DNA of 64,000 nt from Phoronis australis (GCA_002633005.1 NMRA01000083.1:322896-386895); one strand, 5' to 3'; positions 1-14,520 are shown, counted from the first letter of the stretch. The notes: generated by a model not told the origin, from the sequence alone. A program made the numbers and translations.

Positions 1-1005
1 TAAATAACAAGCGGTACCCTATGCACCAATGCTGCTGAAATGAAATGTCATCCCGGCGTATTGTGCAATCAGCCCATATACCAATAGGGGACCGGTAAGT
101 ATGAATCAAAACCAAAAGGGATAACATCTCATGACTTTCATAAACTTTTTAATTATAGTATACTGTAACATAACTCAAGCAGAAAATTCTAGACCACTGC
201 TAGCAATACATCACCAGCTTTCCTATCTGACTCATATGGGCTTTTCATCAGTGGCACGTCCTACCCATATGTAATATTAACTGAATTTAATACTATCTTA
301 AGGAACTGACAAAATTTCCATGAGCTGCTCATCAAATCTAACAGGGCGGAAAGGTAGTAAATTTGTGTTATTAAAAAAATTGTTAAATTTGGTCCTGATA
401 AATGCTATCATTTTCAACTAAATTGACAGTTACAGTTGGATGTTTTATTGTTCAATTTTAGCTAAGCTTAAAACTTCACTAGCCAAACATTCTTCTTTCT
501 GGTGATTTCTTATAAATTTGAGAATGCAGTTACTTTGAACTAATCTTTCATGTTCTCTTGAACGATGAAATTATGAATGCTTGCAAAATTCGAGATTAAA
601 GAGCCACTGGCAAAATGATAGAATGCACGGATCACGTAAAAATTTCATAATCTTTTTGGCTAAGTTAATATTCAATTAGATGTCGAAATTTATAACAGTT
701 TATGATATTTTCGAATTTTGTGACAGCTATTGTCTTCTTGTATCTTTTTGGTGTCTTGGTTAACGTACATTACAAGTGAGCTATGTCTGCTTACTCATAA
801 AATCACATATAAAATATGGGAAAATAACTAAATAAACTAAACGGATGGTACTAATTTCTTACAACTTATCAAAAATAGCATCCAAACTGGTGTACCCGTA
901 AAGTCAACGTGTGTCTTTTCAGTTTGGTTGTGTCAATTAACGTAATAACGGAGCCTCAGGTAAACATTGACTATGCCATGCTAAGTCTAGATGATAAATA
1001 CTTAC

Positions 1006-1112
1006 TGACAATGATTAACCACACACTGACTGCTGCAGTACTCATTGTCCCAAAGAGGGCTCTCTATGGCTGGGTTGGAACAGCTGTCAAATTCACACAA
1101 CGTAATTGGCTG
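1006..1112 (-). CDS. TOX: TOX exon: C-terminal Cys-rich motif ([30 protein letters not shown])
   Basis: tttcag acceptor, ca|gtaagt donor (phase 2); resembles the TOX4 C-terminal C..C.NP....W..EYCS..CVV.HC motif. Confidence 0.88.
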
Positions 1113-4100
1113 CTGAAATGGAAAACATACTGCATCAAAAAGGTATAAACAGTGTGAGAACTCAGCAGACACATAAAATGCAAAAACATCATGGTACTTG
1201 TAGAATGACAACCTTAAGGTAATTCGTTTGGAAAAAACCTCAGAATAAGCTTCCAAAATGGTAATCAGATTTGTCCAATGCTCTTCACAATAGGAACACA
1301 CCTGCCAGGTTCCAAGTTTCAACAAGTACCGGTAACTTGGTATAAGGAAGATGCAAAGGAAACTGTAATTCCCACCAGAGGGCATATTTGTCAGATCTGT
1401 TTGAACATCAACATCAGGGGGGGTTCTCAAAGGGAATACATTAGCAAGTTGCATGATCAGCAGTTCCATTAAATAACTTTAATAGTAGATATCGAGGCAA
1501 ACATAGAGAAAACTACAATTGTCACTAATGGGCATAATTAGTTGAATCCATCTGAAAATCATCACCAGTCACGCCTTCCATGACAGGAACGCATCTGTCA
1601 AAATTCATGCTGATCCTTCAAGTGGTATGGTGTACAGTGAAAAATAATAAAATTGCCACTATGGGGCGCCGCACAGGTAGGATCTGTCTCAAAATGAGCA
1701 GGTGCAGTTCTCCTGTATACATAAAAATTTCCTGAAAAATCCATCAAGTAACTTGAAACATAAACAGGCAAATGCAAAACGAATGTGAAGATCCGTCAAG
1801 GGGTTTGGGAGATAGAGAGGTGGGCTACTTGACAGAAACAACATGTTTTTGAGGTTACATAAAAAGCCTTTATCAGAAACTTGGCCCCTTTCAAGGCACT
1901 TTATACTTCGTCAATAGATTTGTATAAGAACTGCTGCCATTATCAATTCAACTTATCATGAAAACTAATCTAAGTTCCTATGCATTTGCATTGACCACAG
2001 TAACAAAACGCTCATTGAAATAAAACTGCAATACCGTACACTGAAACTAGTGCCTTTTAATCGTTTGGTTTTTGAAATATAACTCAACGTGAAAAATTAA
2101 GATCGGGATCAATTTCCCTGAAGAAATACAATGAGAATTAACCAAAAACCATGCAATTGGATTCAATTCGTTGACCACCATTTCCATCGGGACGGACCAA
2201 TCACCATAATGTATTCATCGTGGTAATTAATTGGTGTACAAGTTTTGATACAGGGCAACAACAGCGCACATGTTTAAAGCTGCACTTCACCCCGTTTAAT
2301 TAACTAACAAACGAAAATCAAATTAGGCTTTTTACTTTCATAACATTGGTCTCATAATATTCCTTACTGTCATAGGGTTCTATTTCCCTTCCCAAAAAAA
2401 ACATTGAAAGCAAGACTAACTCGAGAAAATGCTTCAAAGTTAACTGGGGTTGACCATCTGTAAAATTACAAACTCCACAATATGTTGCCTGTGAATTGAG
2501 TCGCTGGTTAAAAATCGGTGAGCATGGTGATGTCTTTAAACCCCAAAGTGCTTTGGCTACAAATTAAACAAAAGTTGATCAGGGATAAAATACTCCTTTC
2601 ACAATGGGCTGGATTTGGAAACCACTGTGGTCTAGGAGTTGAAACTAAATGAAATATTTACAATGTGCATGTTACAATCAAGATAACACAAACCAAAATA
2701 TTTGTTAATACGTCTCACAGTCAATGGCAGATGGCCATTTTTAAACCAAAGAGTTATGGTAGAACACAAACAAATTTAAATTCAGCCAGGACAATAAACA
2801 AACCTGATCTATTTCAGGTGCTGTCATGGTAACTGGCTCAGGCATTGACACAGAGTCGGCATGACGGTTCGCCAAACTATCAGGTTCACTTGTCGTCATG
2901 ATATCCGACTCGGGCAACTTCTGCTCTGCCATGAGGTTCTCGTCAGTTGTCACAGGTTTAATTTCCTGCACAGGGGCAGTAGGGACACTGACAGGGGCTG
3001 TCACACTGTTTGCCCCTGTCACCATGGCACCGGTAGTTAGGAGTGACCGTGAAGACTTCATGCTCTGTAGCTTGTGTAGTTCCTTTTCGGGCAGCATTAC
3101 CTTGATGACTTTCTTCGTTTGGTTGCCAGGCTCGCCTGACATCTGGGTAACAGTTATCGAAATCGGCTTGCTGGCCGCCTGCTCTAGAAGTGAGCGGGGG
3201 ATCTGTATGGTCTGACCCTTTAGCACAGACGTCTGAAGTGTAGGCTCACCATCAGAGGGCGTGACGATGCCATTCTCCGCCACAGTGATGGTGGTAGGTT
3301 GTGAGTCGTTTGCAGCATCAGTTGTTACTTCTGTAAGTTCTATTGCATCACAGGAGTTCACGCTCCCTGAAGGTGAGCTAATAGCTATTGGCGCAGCCTC
3401 CATTTTTGCCTTCTTGCCAACTGGTTTGTCTTCCTCCTCATTAGCTGCTTTGGCCAACTCAGCAGCCTCAGCTAATCCTTGGTCAGGTGTTTGCTGAAAG
3501 GCACGAAATGAAAAAATAAAAAAAAAAGACTAGCCTTATTTAAGAGATGGACACATTAAAATGCTTTACAAAACTTAAATTGAATGTTTAGAAAAAGTCA
3601 ACATACTAGCAAATGATAAATGCTTAACATGGTACAAGTTTGCATCTTTACAGCTGCAGCACACACTACATGTCGTCTGCTACTACACAGGGTCAGTCCA
3701 TTTTGATGGCAGGGGTGTCAGGTCTTGGAAAGAATTCAAAACCTAACGGATAAATCTAAAATATTTTACGACCACAATTTCAGTTTAAGGACGTTATAAA
3801 TTGTTTGTGGTGAGATAAAGGTGCTTCAAGCATGACCTCAGTTTAGTTTTTGTTAATCACTGGAATAATGGATTAGCTATTGTCCCAGACTTCTTCAGCC
3901 AGTGCAACATTGCAGTCAAAATTATAACCACCACATTATACAGGTTCACCCAACATGTTGAAACTTAACAGTCAGGCATGGATTTAAGGGGGACCAAGAG
4001 GATCATGCCCCATCCCCCTAAAATTCTCCCATATTCCACTCGGCAGTTCGGGATACGAATATCAGATGGGCAAAATCCTGGCTAATACTGTGCACTGCTC

Positions 4101-7100
4101 CCCCAGCCCCGAACTCAAAATCCTGGATCTGCCCCTGACGCTAGTCAACAGCTTACCTGTGATATAACCGAAGCCCTGTAAGCAGCAAGTTTCTTGAGAT
4201 ATTCTTTCTTAGCATTCTCTGTTTTCTTCTTGTAAGTCTGAAATAGAAATTTAAATGCTGGCTCTGATGAGACACAAGCAAATGCACGCTGCATATTTTC
4301 TAATCTGTTACAGAGACAACAAAAATTAACTGAAAACATCACTTGTTGGCATGTCAATGAAACCAAATGAAAAAATATAGGGATATTTATTATACCTGCT
4401 TTGATAATGCTACAGGCTAAAACATGTCAAAATAATCACACAGAAATCAAAATACAAAACAAAGACTAGCAATAAAAACTGTCAAAATGGCAATGCCATC
4501 ACTACACTAAGTTCTGAAGTGCATGCTGACTGCACAGAAAAAAGAAACTAGGGACAGACCAACATAATTGGTAGTGGCAAACTTAAGACTCACATCCTTA
4601 GCGACAGCATCCAAGCTGTCCCACATTGAAGCTACAATTTTGGAGACTTCCCCAAAGGTGGCGTTGGGTTTCTGGCCTTTGATGGCTGCCTGGGTATCCC
4701 GGAAAAACAGGGCATACGCCGATACAGGCCTGCAACAACAAATTGTGCAAGTCTTAAACAGATGACATAAACTCTTCATAAAAGTTACCCATTCACAGCA
4801 AAATCATGAACTGACAAATTTATGGGCAGACATCAATGTGTCCCCTTTCTTCAGGCCTCTACCCAATCCGGTTGTGAGATAATTCGGCAGTCATGCGTGC
4901 TGGCCGACAGTTCTGCAGAAAGCAGATAAATCATCATTTTCCTAATATTGGAAGCACATAATTTGTTTCAATTTCTTTACTACATGGACTTTCTGTTTAA
5001 AAAATATAGGTTCACAATCAAAATCTATGCTTAGCAGTTTCCAAAAATGAACAAGGTCACCCAGTGCATGTCAAAAACAAAGCTTTTTGAGAAACAGGGC
5101 AGTTTATTTCAGCAGATTTAGGCTTACATAAAAATTTACATAGTAGTGCCGATACCATAAACATAACTTGGCATATCAACACTCATTCCATATGGATGTT
5201 ACTGGCACATATTCTGTTTATAAACCCAGTCTTATATATTTGAGGTACTAGAAAGTAAATGCTCTGGGCTTCAATATCAGAAATTCCTGGGCAATATACT
5301 CTAAATCCTGTCTACACGATTGATTTTCCCTTTGGACCAGCTGATCTATGAAGCAACAATGAACAAATGCTGCCAGCGATGCTGTTTCTGGACTGTGCAG
5401 TTGATGTTTGTGATAAGAATCCACTCAAGGGACATGCTGTGATTGGCACCAGATCATATCAGTGCCAGTCTGGACCTTAAGAGATCAGATGTACTTTATT
5501 TCACAGGACATATTTCACAAGTTAAAGAATCTTACGAGGACAGGAAACATAAAAAGACAGTATCAAAATTAATCTAAGCATAATGTTCCATTCAAACAAG
5601 GGTTTAGTATTAAAAACTAATTGATGATAATTAAAGTTTATTATTAATTCATCTTGACATGCATGCTCTTTTCCAGTTCATTCCATTTTGATATGAACTG
5701 AGCAAAATGCAAAGAACTGGAAAAGAGCATGCATGTCAAGATGAATTAATAATAAGCTTTAATTATCATAAATTAGTTTTTTTAATACTAAGCCCTTGTT
5801 TGAATTGAACATTATGCCACTGTCTTTTTGTTTCCTGTTCTCTTAAGATTCTTTAACTTGAATTCATTCATGGTATTCTGGCACTTTAAAGTCATTTATT
5901 GATTTTTCAAAATTTTGTAATTTTGCATTTAATATTTTGGAGCCTTACCCGTAACAATTCCACAAATTAGTTGTCACTGCATTACTTAGCTAAGTAGAGG
6001 CATCTTTTAAAATGATTACTTTGTCGCCATGATGGCAGTTTTATGTTTTAACTGTGTTAATCATGTTTCCCAATTTACCGAATTTCTCATGTCGACGCAG
6101 CATAAGTAAGTCTTTTTCTACCTTTACACAAAAGGTGGAACACTTAAATTTCTTTGTTAATCAGTTTTGATGCCTCACACATTATGAAATAGAAAACACG
6201 GGAGTCATCGACTATTTTTGTTCGGACACCATCACATAAGAATGCGCATTGAGACCATCTCAAAAGCTTGCCATTTCCAAGACCATGATTCCCTCCACTG
6301 CATTTCACAAGATGTTGATTATGTTATGCTGCTGGGATTATGAAATAAGTTAAGTTGATGAGCATGAGCAGATTTAGCGAGGGGGGCACAGAGCCTGTCC
6401 CAGTCTCCTCTAGGCAGGACCCAAAAGAAAACACCAGTGGCTTGCTATTCTGGGGGAAAACAATGCATTTCCTTCCAAAATTATGATTATCTCTTACATC
6501 TGCCAGTAGATGTGAATAAACTAAGACCAGAGGTCTCTTTCAAAGTAAACATCTTTTAAGATCACTTACCTGAAAGGTATACCTCATTTAACATGTATGT
6601 GTTGTTCATTATTTAATGACTTTGTACAGCCAAATCGCTGTCAACATAAAAACTATTATTCTTACGCGCAAAAAATGGCTTCTCACTTCTGATAAGGTGT
6701 ATCACAGTAGTTTTCAAAATAAAATGGACAACGATAGAATTCCATATAGTGTCAACGCCATTTCTTTTTGGTGAGAATCTGTTTCAATACTGCCTAAATC
6801 TTGACAAAATATCGACAGGTAATACTCTGTACACTGTGTTGAACATGCAGCAACTTACTACGCTAAGCCATACACCTAGGATTCAGAATCCTCGCATGCA
6901 CAAATAAGCAGCTAGGCACAATAATGCCACATTAAACTCGGCCTGAATTTTGACAAAAGCACAACCTTATTGTGACACAGGTTTGACTTAACTGCAAGAA
7001 GTTTGTCATACTTTTACCAAGTCTGATTGAGTTCTGTCAATTAAGTCTATCCAGTTTATTTTGAAAACTACTTACTATATAGCACATTGTACATGTGAAA

Positions 7101-10100
7101 ACGTATTCCAACAAAGCAGAAAACAAGTGACTGCAAAAGATTTTTTATCATCACTCAGTCTTGAAACAAAATGCCGAAAAGCAGCAGTATTTGTCACGAG
7201 ATATGTAAAAATTATGGTTTGTGATTACCTTTTTATTATAATTTACAATATCAGTCACTTCTTAACGGGTGCTACATAATTTCTCGTTACATTTTACTTT
7301 TAATAGAAAATATTACGCTACTTATGTTGTATATATTGTACCAATGCTCAAACTATGTACATTAATTGTAAATTGTTGAAAAAAAATCAAATCTCTGTTT
7401 ACCTCGAGACAGTTCTAACTTTTTGTGTGTTTAAAAAAATCCTGAAGCCCATAAATTATAAATAGAAAGCAGGATGCGGGAGCGTTGATCCAAAGTTACA
7501 TACGCGCATATTACATTGCACAATGATAGCCCAACTATACCAGCTGAGAGTTCTGAGGCTACAAACTGATGCAGGTGCCTGGCAAACTAGGCTAATTGAC
7601 AGAGAATCAAATTAATAAAAAATACCAGGGAGCTGAGAAACTGGAGACAATGGCATGGCTTAAATATCACTGTTTTGGGCAATTTAGAAGCCTGGGTAGT
7701 TTCACTGCCCACATAGCTTCTGATGCACAGAAAATGCGAATTGTAAATTTAATTTTGTACAAGCTGTTGTTCAAAAAAACTAGATGAACAAATTAAAAGG
7801 ATACAACTGAGTATAATAGATTAAAATAGTCCCTTCAACAAAATATGTAACAGAAAACCGAACAAGAAACACTAAAATGACGGACATCTGAAGGTGAAAA
7901 TAAACACAATACAATTCTCACCAACCACTTTAGAAATGCTACGCTAAACCTAAAAGAGAAATAAAACTTGAAAAACATGAAACATTTCATTTGGAATTCC
8001 AGATACGTTTTTGTTTCGTACCTTACTAATAGCATAAAAGTATGCAAAACTCAACCATAACACATATAAACAACAAGTATAACTGATACGTTTGCCAATT
8101 TTCCGTTGACAATTTTACACGATGTTCGAAATAAAAATCGAATAATCATCAATGGCGTCCAATACAATAGCAGTTCTCCAGATCGCTTCAGGCACTAATC
8201 ACCAGGTGGCGCTCATCTTTACACCAATTTTCAGGCAATCCATGAAATAATTAAGTTACATACAAGAAGTATTGCTTCAGGCTTGTTTCCCAGGGAAACC
8301 AAAAAATTCTATAGGGTTACACTGCAGAGCATAATATACTCAAACATAAAACGGTTGAAAAGATAAGAGCAGTTTGCGTGCATTGTGAAAGAGTATTTAT
8401 TAACAAAGAGAAGTAACCGTTGAAAAGTTTCAGGTGCAAATCAGAAATAGAAATGAGACCAGAAAATGAAAAAGCAGCTTAGAAACCAACATGAAATAAA
8501 AAAATATGTATTTTAGTAAATTAAAAAGAAACTTAAAAACAATCAATTCACAGAAGGATAAGTGTATGAAAATTTACTTGGCCTTTTTTTTCTAAGAGAA
8601 AATGCTCTTCAAAAGTCATAAAACCAAGTTTATTTAAGCTACACCTGAAAATTTAATTCCCAAACCAGATGAAGTCACCTTCATAAGAAAAACATGGCAT
8701 TTCACACTCTAATGTCAGCCAAGTTACTAAACCACGAGACTCATGCATCTCCCCTAACAACCATTTTTTGTTTCTGCACGTGAAACACTAAATATACAAA
8801 TGTTCATCTTCTTAAGTACAGTCTGAGGTAGAGCCAAATTGACAGTGGTCCCCAAGCACGTCGAAATGGCTTCTAATTTGAGACCAATTTCATAGCCGTG
8901 AGTGACCCAGATCTAAATGCCTCTTGGCACTTTCTGGGTTATGTATATTCATTGTATTCTGAAGATTTCTTAATAAACATTAAAAACAAATAAAAAAGTG
9001 GCCTAATTCACTTGTTTCTGAGAGTGAAAATTGATGATGATGGGTGCATTGTGGCACTGGACCCTGAAACAAACTTAACTCCAAACCAGTAATACCACTA
9101 AGGAAACTAAATAAATTTCCATCCAGCAGTACAGCCCCCCCTCAGAATATCACAACAGAGGCCTGACCAAGTGCATCACTTCTGTACCTGACCCAGTTAT
9201 GTTAATTGTGCACCTTACTTAACTCTAACCCACATCATGGTAATTCTCCACATATTTCACAAAAATAACCGCCAAACTTGTCATTTTTCCATTTTTCAAG
9301 TCTGTTTATTTTGCTATCCATAGTGGTAATTTTACGAAATGTTTCATGACATTTACACACTACAAACCAAGCTAGTACTAATGTAATCTCTATTTTTGTG
9401 GAGAAATCGGACAAAAGAGAATTTTACTTATCAGCCATATTGTGAAGAATTATAGTCCTTACTTCTCTTAACCACAAGTCAGTGTGTTGGTTGTGCGTTA
9501 GTGAAAACTAACCAAGAATAGCATTCATATCACTTACTTCTGCGGTTCATTAGGGTCCTTCTTCTTGCGTTTGCGAGGCTTCTTCTCTTTAGTCTTTTTA
9601 GCTAATTTGGCCGTCACTGTTTTTCTGGAGGTTAACTGCAACAAAACACAGGCCGCAAAGCCACCATGTAGGACCCTATCAACATATGTATGTATGTGCA
9701 TTTAACTAAATATAACGGTATACAATCCTACAGATTTTACTTCAGTCAGTAAAAGTACATATTTTCTGAAAGTGTAGAGTCTGATTTAAACGTTTTAACA
9801 ATCTGTCATTAATTGTCCTTCCAGTAAATTTTTGATAAGAAAATAACATGATTAAATTTCATTTGATGTAAATGTTCTACCACAACTACCTAAAATAAAA
9901 ACTGAGGACGATGTTCCAATATTTCACTCCACGTATAAAAAATCTAACCAATCTAGCAAACAATATGGCCAAGAAGAGAAATTTTATTTTTTCATTTTTC
10001 ATAAAAGATAAGTAGCACCAAATAAATGCTACGTCACTTTTAAAGTTCTAGACCATAGTTACTGCTTGACAATGATTATGAAAAATTGTGGGAATTCATA

Positions 10101-12114
10101 ACAATGTCAGACGCTTTGGAAAAATCATTTTGTACAAAATTGGAGAAATTTTACTAAAGTTTTCATATGAAGAGATGATACCAGACTCAGTGGTGCAACA
10201 CACCGCACTGATGGGCAGATCGTTAACCTGCCACAATTTACTGAATATGAAACTAGCCCCTATTCAAGAAATTTATTGGTCCAATAAATTCCCAGCCTAT
10301 ACAAGTTGATGGATTGCTTTAAAATAATAATAAACAGGCAGAAATGATGGTTCCTTGTGTATTTTTGGTGAAACAGTTGACAAATGAAGTTGTGCAAACT
10401 AATGTAAAAATGACTGAAAACTGAAAGCACACAAACCACAATAAACCCACACTGTTGAACTGATAGTCACCTGTGTTGACACTTCTAGGTTAGTTTATGA
10501 CTATAAACATGTGCAGTCTATGAACATGCACCTTGAATAACAAAATATGCTCACATCAAGTCATGTAGCACTTTTGAGATTTCATCTCGAACCTTTATGT
10601 AAAATGAAATTATGTTATCAATACCATTTTTTTTCTAAATTTGGCTAAAAGACTTGGGCATGTGACCCAATTAATACCAGATTGTTTTAAAGTCAAAAGT
10701 CAGATTCTGCAGGCTTTCAACCTTAAAAATATCTTTTTACCGAGTTAAACTAAATGATTTTGTTGATATTGATACGCAGAGTGAGGTAGTAGTATAAAAC
10801 ATTGTAACGAACATTACAGATTATCATGTAAAACGGCCAATTTTTGTGGATAAGGTTTGAGATATCCTTAAAAGGATCCCACGCATTTCCTATTTTTTCA
10901 TTAATGGATAAGCAAAAATGAACAAATAAATTAATACAAATTATGGTGCATTTGAAAATAGATTCTGACCATTAAACAATTTTAAGTAATTGTCAACCTT
11001 GGAAAATTTAATCCAGAAAATGTAACATTCATAAATTACAAAATATTATCACTATTTTCATGGTACCCATAACATTTCCTTAAAAAATACTTATACATGC
11101 TAAATAAGCGAGTTGCTTGGGAAGACTTCAGTTGATTTCAAAAACGTGGCAAATCTTTCAGGCCTTTTGAATTTCAATGCTTTTAGAAGTTTTGAACCTT
11201 AAGTGCATCAGTAGATTCGCATGAAATTCTGCACAATTAGGTATTGGTCTATGGCCAAGGCGACTGTGTCTCAAACTGGCTAGTTTCCACTTTTGAAAAT
11301 TCAAAATTTGAAGCAGCACTGTGCGCTACCTAAAACGATTAAACTAAATTTAATTAAAATGCTACTTTTGAGGAATTCATGACAACTAGAGTCGTGCTTT
11401 CAGGGGACCTTGTGTTGTGCAGTGTTGAGCAGGAGACCACACTTTCGCAGGCTAAATGAGTTGTCTTTCAGCACAATTTTAGCCTCTTGATCGATTTTCT
11501 CCAAGGCAACATCCTTTGAAAGCCCAGGAAAATGTTTTATTCCATAATGAATCTTTAACATACATTTCTTACTTAATATCAGTAAATATACTACTATCAT
11601 AAGTATTAATTCTTACCTGAGACAATGGCAGGCTATCGTCACTGTCCTCACTTGACGCCACCAGAGCAGTTGGGTCATCCATGTTGGAGTACCGCACTAA
11701 AGAGCCGACTCTGTGATGATTAGTCAAGTATTGCGTGGGTTGTTGAAACCCTAGGAAGTTTGATGGGTACTGATTGGTGAATTGACTCGCGTAACCGGGA
11801 TTATTGTATGAGAATTCTACACCTTGATCCCTTATATCGGGTATGTCAAAGGTCTCCGACGGAAATTTCGGATCAACAACAGAGGGCTGAGACTGGTCAC
11901 CAACTGTGGAGAAGGTTGAGGCTATTGTTTGGTAGCTGAATATGGAGGGGGAGTGCAGTGGTGTGCTTGGTCTATAAGGGGACGTAGTGTTCGAGCAGAT
12001 GGAAGGTGACCTGTAGCCACACGACTGGTCAGTGTAAGAGACAGGATAGTTGGCGTTGGAGTCTACGTTAGGTGAAAGGTTGAAGTTGCCGTAGTAACCG
12101 GGTGTTGGTAAAGC
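1006..12114 (-). CDS. TOX: TOX-family (TOX4-like) HMG-box transcription factor, multi-exon; join of 11617-12114, 9538-9635, 4594-4729, 4157-4237, 2804-3493, 1006-1112; 5' and 3' ends incomplete
   Basis: Spliced translation gives [10 protein letters not shown]|[45 protein letters not shown]|[23 protein letters not shown], the TOX HMG box. It also has the TOX4-type C-terminal Cys motif. All junctions are GT-AG with matching phases. Confidence 0.95.
2804..3493 (-). CDS. TOX: TOX exon: 230-codon low-complexity S/T/P/A-rich region
   Basis: Long ORF 2741-3457; tttcag|caa acceptor and cag|gtttgt donor, phase 0/0. Confidence 0.88.
3974..4137. mobile_element. Short degenerate MITE ending in GATCTGCCCCTG (hAT-like terminus)
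   Basis: Homologous to 42374-42534 (aaaatcctg..taatact..aaaatcct.gatctgcccctg). Confidence 0.55.
4157..4237 (-). CDS. TOX: TOX exon: HMG-box helix 3 ([27 protein letters not shown])
   Basis: Recognisable TOX HMG sequence; tttcag acceptor, cag|gtaagc donor. Confidence 0.95.
4594..4729 (-). CDS. TOX: TOX exon: HMG-box helices 1-2
   Basis: [39 protein letters not shown]; tgcag acceptor, gat|gtgagt donor. Confidence 0.96.
5518..5860. repeat. Long palindrome/foldback, ~155-bp arms and ~33-bp loop, in a TOX intron
   Basis: caagttaaagaatctt...catgcatgctcttttccagttc is mirrored by gaactggaaaagagcatgcatg...aagattctttaacttg. Confidence 0.9.
9538..9635 (-). CDS. TOX: TOX exon: basic NLS preceding the HMG box ([33 protein letters not shown])
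   Basis: Not in the ORF track; ttgcag acceptor, aa|gtaagt donor (phase 2) fits the next exon. Confidence 0.93.
10578..10867 (-). mobile_element. Short internally deleted relative of the Kolobok-like family at 27566/44238
   Basis: Ends aaggtttgagatatcc-TTAA, the reverse complement of ggatatctcaaacct; the other end reads atctcgaacct. Confidence 0.55.
11617..12114 (-). CDS. TOX: TOX exon: N-terminal region (includes SETFDIPDI and [12 protein letters not shown])
   Basis: ORF 11569-12201; tttcag acceptor, cag|gtaaga donor; the motifs resemble TOX N-terminal conserved blocks. Confidence 0.85.
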
Positions 12115-12612
12115 CTGAAATACAATGCGATGGTGGCTAAATTTACGAATAAAACGAGACAAAACATAGTTCCACATGTAACTTTGGCATTTAGAATCCA
12201 TGATTTTTCATGACATTTATGACCAGAATTTAAGTACAAGAACACTGTTTAAACCATAGTTTGGTTTTAGCAGAAAAATGATAATTCAAAAAATACAGTA
12301 AATGTTGGAGACAGTTCTTTAAATCAAAACCATGCAATGGCATTCTAAACCTATCAAATCTGAAGGTCAACAAAAACTGTTTTTAAGAAATGTGACACTG
12401 CAAAATGACAAACAAGCAGTTTATCGTTTTCTGATATGTTTACATGTAATAAAGAATCTTGCAAAGATATCAAAAACACAATACATTGCTGATAAAACTG
12501 GTGACAATTCCAGCAATGAACTGTCAACAAAGGGAGGTTCTAAAAACGTGCTTGTGTTGTACAAATGGCAGATTTCACTTACTCTTCTTAATAAGTGGTG
12601 GCAATTCTTGCC

Positions 12613-12692
12613 ATAACTATAGTGGGCTTTATCTTGAAGATTTGTGGATAACTATGGTGGGCTTTATCTTGTAGATTTCTGGATAATTATAG
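12613..12692. repeat. 35-bp tandem repeat, about 2.3 copies
   Basis: ataactatagtgggctttatcttgaagatttgtgg repeated. Confidence 0.75.
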
Positions 12693-14450
12693 TTCCTGTC
12701 GTAGTTGATATTCCTGTCACTTTATCGTTTTGAAAGCAGATGTCACTCTTGTGTGCAAAAACGTGTAAAACTGTGCGCTTATTAAATGAAATGCAGACCT
12801 TGATGCTTTTTGGTTAAGTAAATTAAGGTTTTCATAGTCCTATTACACCACCAAGTAGATATACAACACGATTACATCAACAAAATGTTCAGTTAAGATT
12901 TTATCATTGATGGCATATTTTTATAAAGCATACCTGGGCAGAAGTTTGGGGTACTATGAAGACCAAGAATGGGTCTAAATTTAGATTCAATGTCACAACA
13001 TTAACAATAAAAGTCACTAATTTCCGTAGATTTTTTCAATTTAGAACTAGAATTTAAACAGCAAAATTAACCAAACAAAGTGAAAAGTTCATAGTCTCAT
13101 ACCATACACTTAAACTTCAAAATAGAAATTCCTACTTTATTTCAAAAATACAGACTGACTCCAAACATCAGATAACTTAAAAAAACATTTTGAATTTCTG
13201 TATTTGAAGATTCTTTCAGAAACTTCCTGAAATTCCCAGTAGAAAACTATTCCATATACCTGAATGTCTGCACTTGTTGTCTTCTGCCCTCTGCCGTAGT
13301 TGTAGTCCAAACTTTTTATCAAATTGATAGCGCCGTTGTTTTCAGGATACTGTAATGATAACAATGTTATTAATGATAATCACACAAGATGTATTGCAGC
13401 CAAATGTGTCATTTTTGAATTAGCAATTTTAGGACAGGCAAACCAATAAATTCTGAAGCGCTTTCACAAGTCACGGGCAATGTGTGCAATCCATGTGCCT
13501 TTTCAAAATCGCACTTTTAGGATTGGGTTTAACTCCTCTAAATTCTAAAACGTTTTCTTGAACTGTTGATGGTTTCGATGTTCTTGTTGGTTGCAGATAA
13601 GTGCAACTTTATTACAAAAAGGGATATAATGAGACTGATTTTATGAGAGAATCTCAGCTAAACAATGCAGCGTTAACTATGTCATATCTCCCCCAAACCC
13701 CGAGACAACACTGGTGAACAATGCACTACACGTTGAGATCAAATTTGGCGTACCATTAGTCAGGTGGAATCCAAAAGTACTAGACCTAAAGATAAAAAAT
13801 CATCAAAAACAGGAGCGCTGGCACCTCATAATGTGGTAAAACAAAAAAGAAAAGCTGAAACAAAGGTTTTCATTTTAGTAAGTTTCCAACATTTTTGCGA
13901 CTGCCATCAATTTCTCAAAGCAATGTCTGACACTAGCTATTATATGCAACTTGGGGGGAAAATGATAAAGCAAAACATTTGATGCCCGTTTCTCTTATGC
14001 AAAAAAACCTAATAAACTCTAAGTTATCTACCATATTGTCTTTAATTGGTGAGATTTTACTGTACGAAATTCTCACATAGCTGTAGACTAGAAGCTGTTT
14101 TTGTTTTCAAAACTATGTGAAAGTAGGTTAAAGAAAGGCTTTGGACAAAGAAAAAATTAATGTTCTTAAAAACATCTGCTAATCATAATTTTAAAACAGA
14201 TAAGAAGATCTTGGTCACTAAACAGAAATAATCAGTTTTACAGTCAAAAATTGTTTTTTTGTGATTACTGTTGGATGGGACAGACTTCTTGACATTATTA
14301 GCCTTCACAAGAGCTGTAAAACAACAAAGCCTACAATGGTTTGCAATTTTATTACAAATTGCCGTTTCTCAACATTGTCTAGCAGTAATTCGCAGAAATT
14401 CCAGTGACTGTACCAAATAAATACGCTTCAAATAATTGGCCATTTATCGA

Positions 14451-14520
14451 GTGGGGATTAGCTCTGCCAACAAAGCATCAGACTGCGAGCGCCGAGATTG
14501 TGAGTTCGAATCTACATTGT
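14451..14520 (+). mobile_element. Degenerate tRNA-like sequence (tRNA-derived SINE head or tRNA pseudogene)
   Basis: ggggattagctc...agcatcagactg...gagttcgaatct; B-box GTTCGAATC is intact, A-box/D-arm is degraded. Confidence 0.4.

Noticed and set aside
190-230. Terminal TOX exon (minus-strand GDVLLAVV* segment)
   Set aside because: No convincing acceptor in the right phase and no DVF..W match; the last exon may lie outside the window
2898-3497. Plus-strand ORFs opposite the TOX exon (also 4568-4765)
   Set aside because: Antisense shadows of real coding exons
14451-14520. Functional tRNA gene
   Set aside because: D-arm and acceptor stem do not pair properly; at best a SINE head or pseudogene
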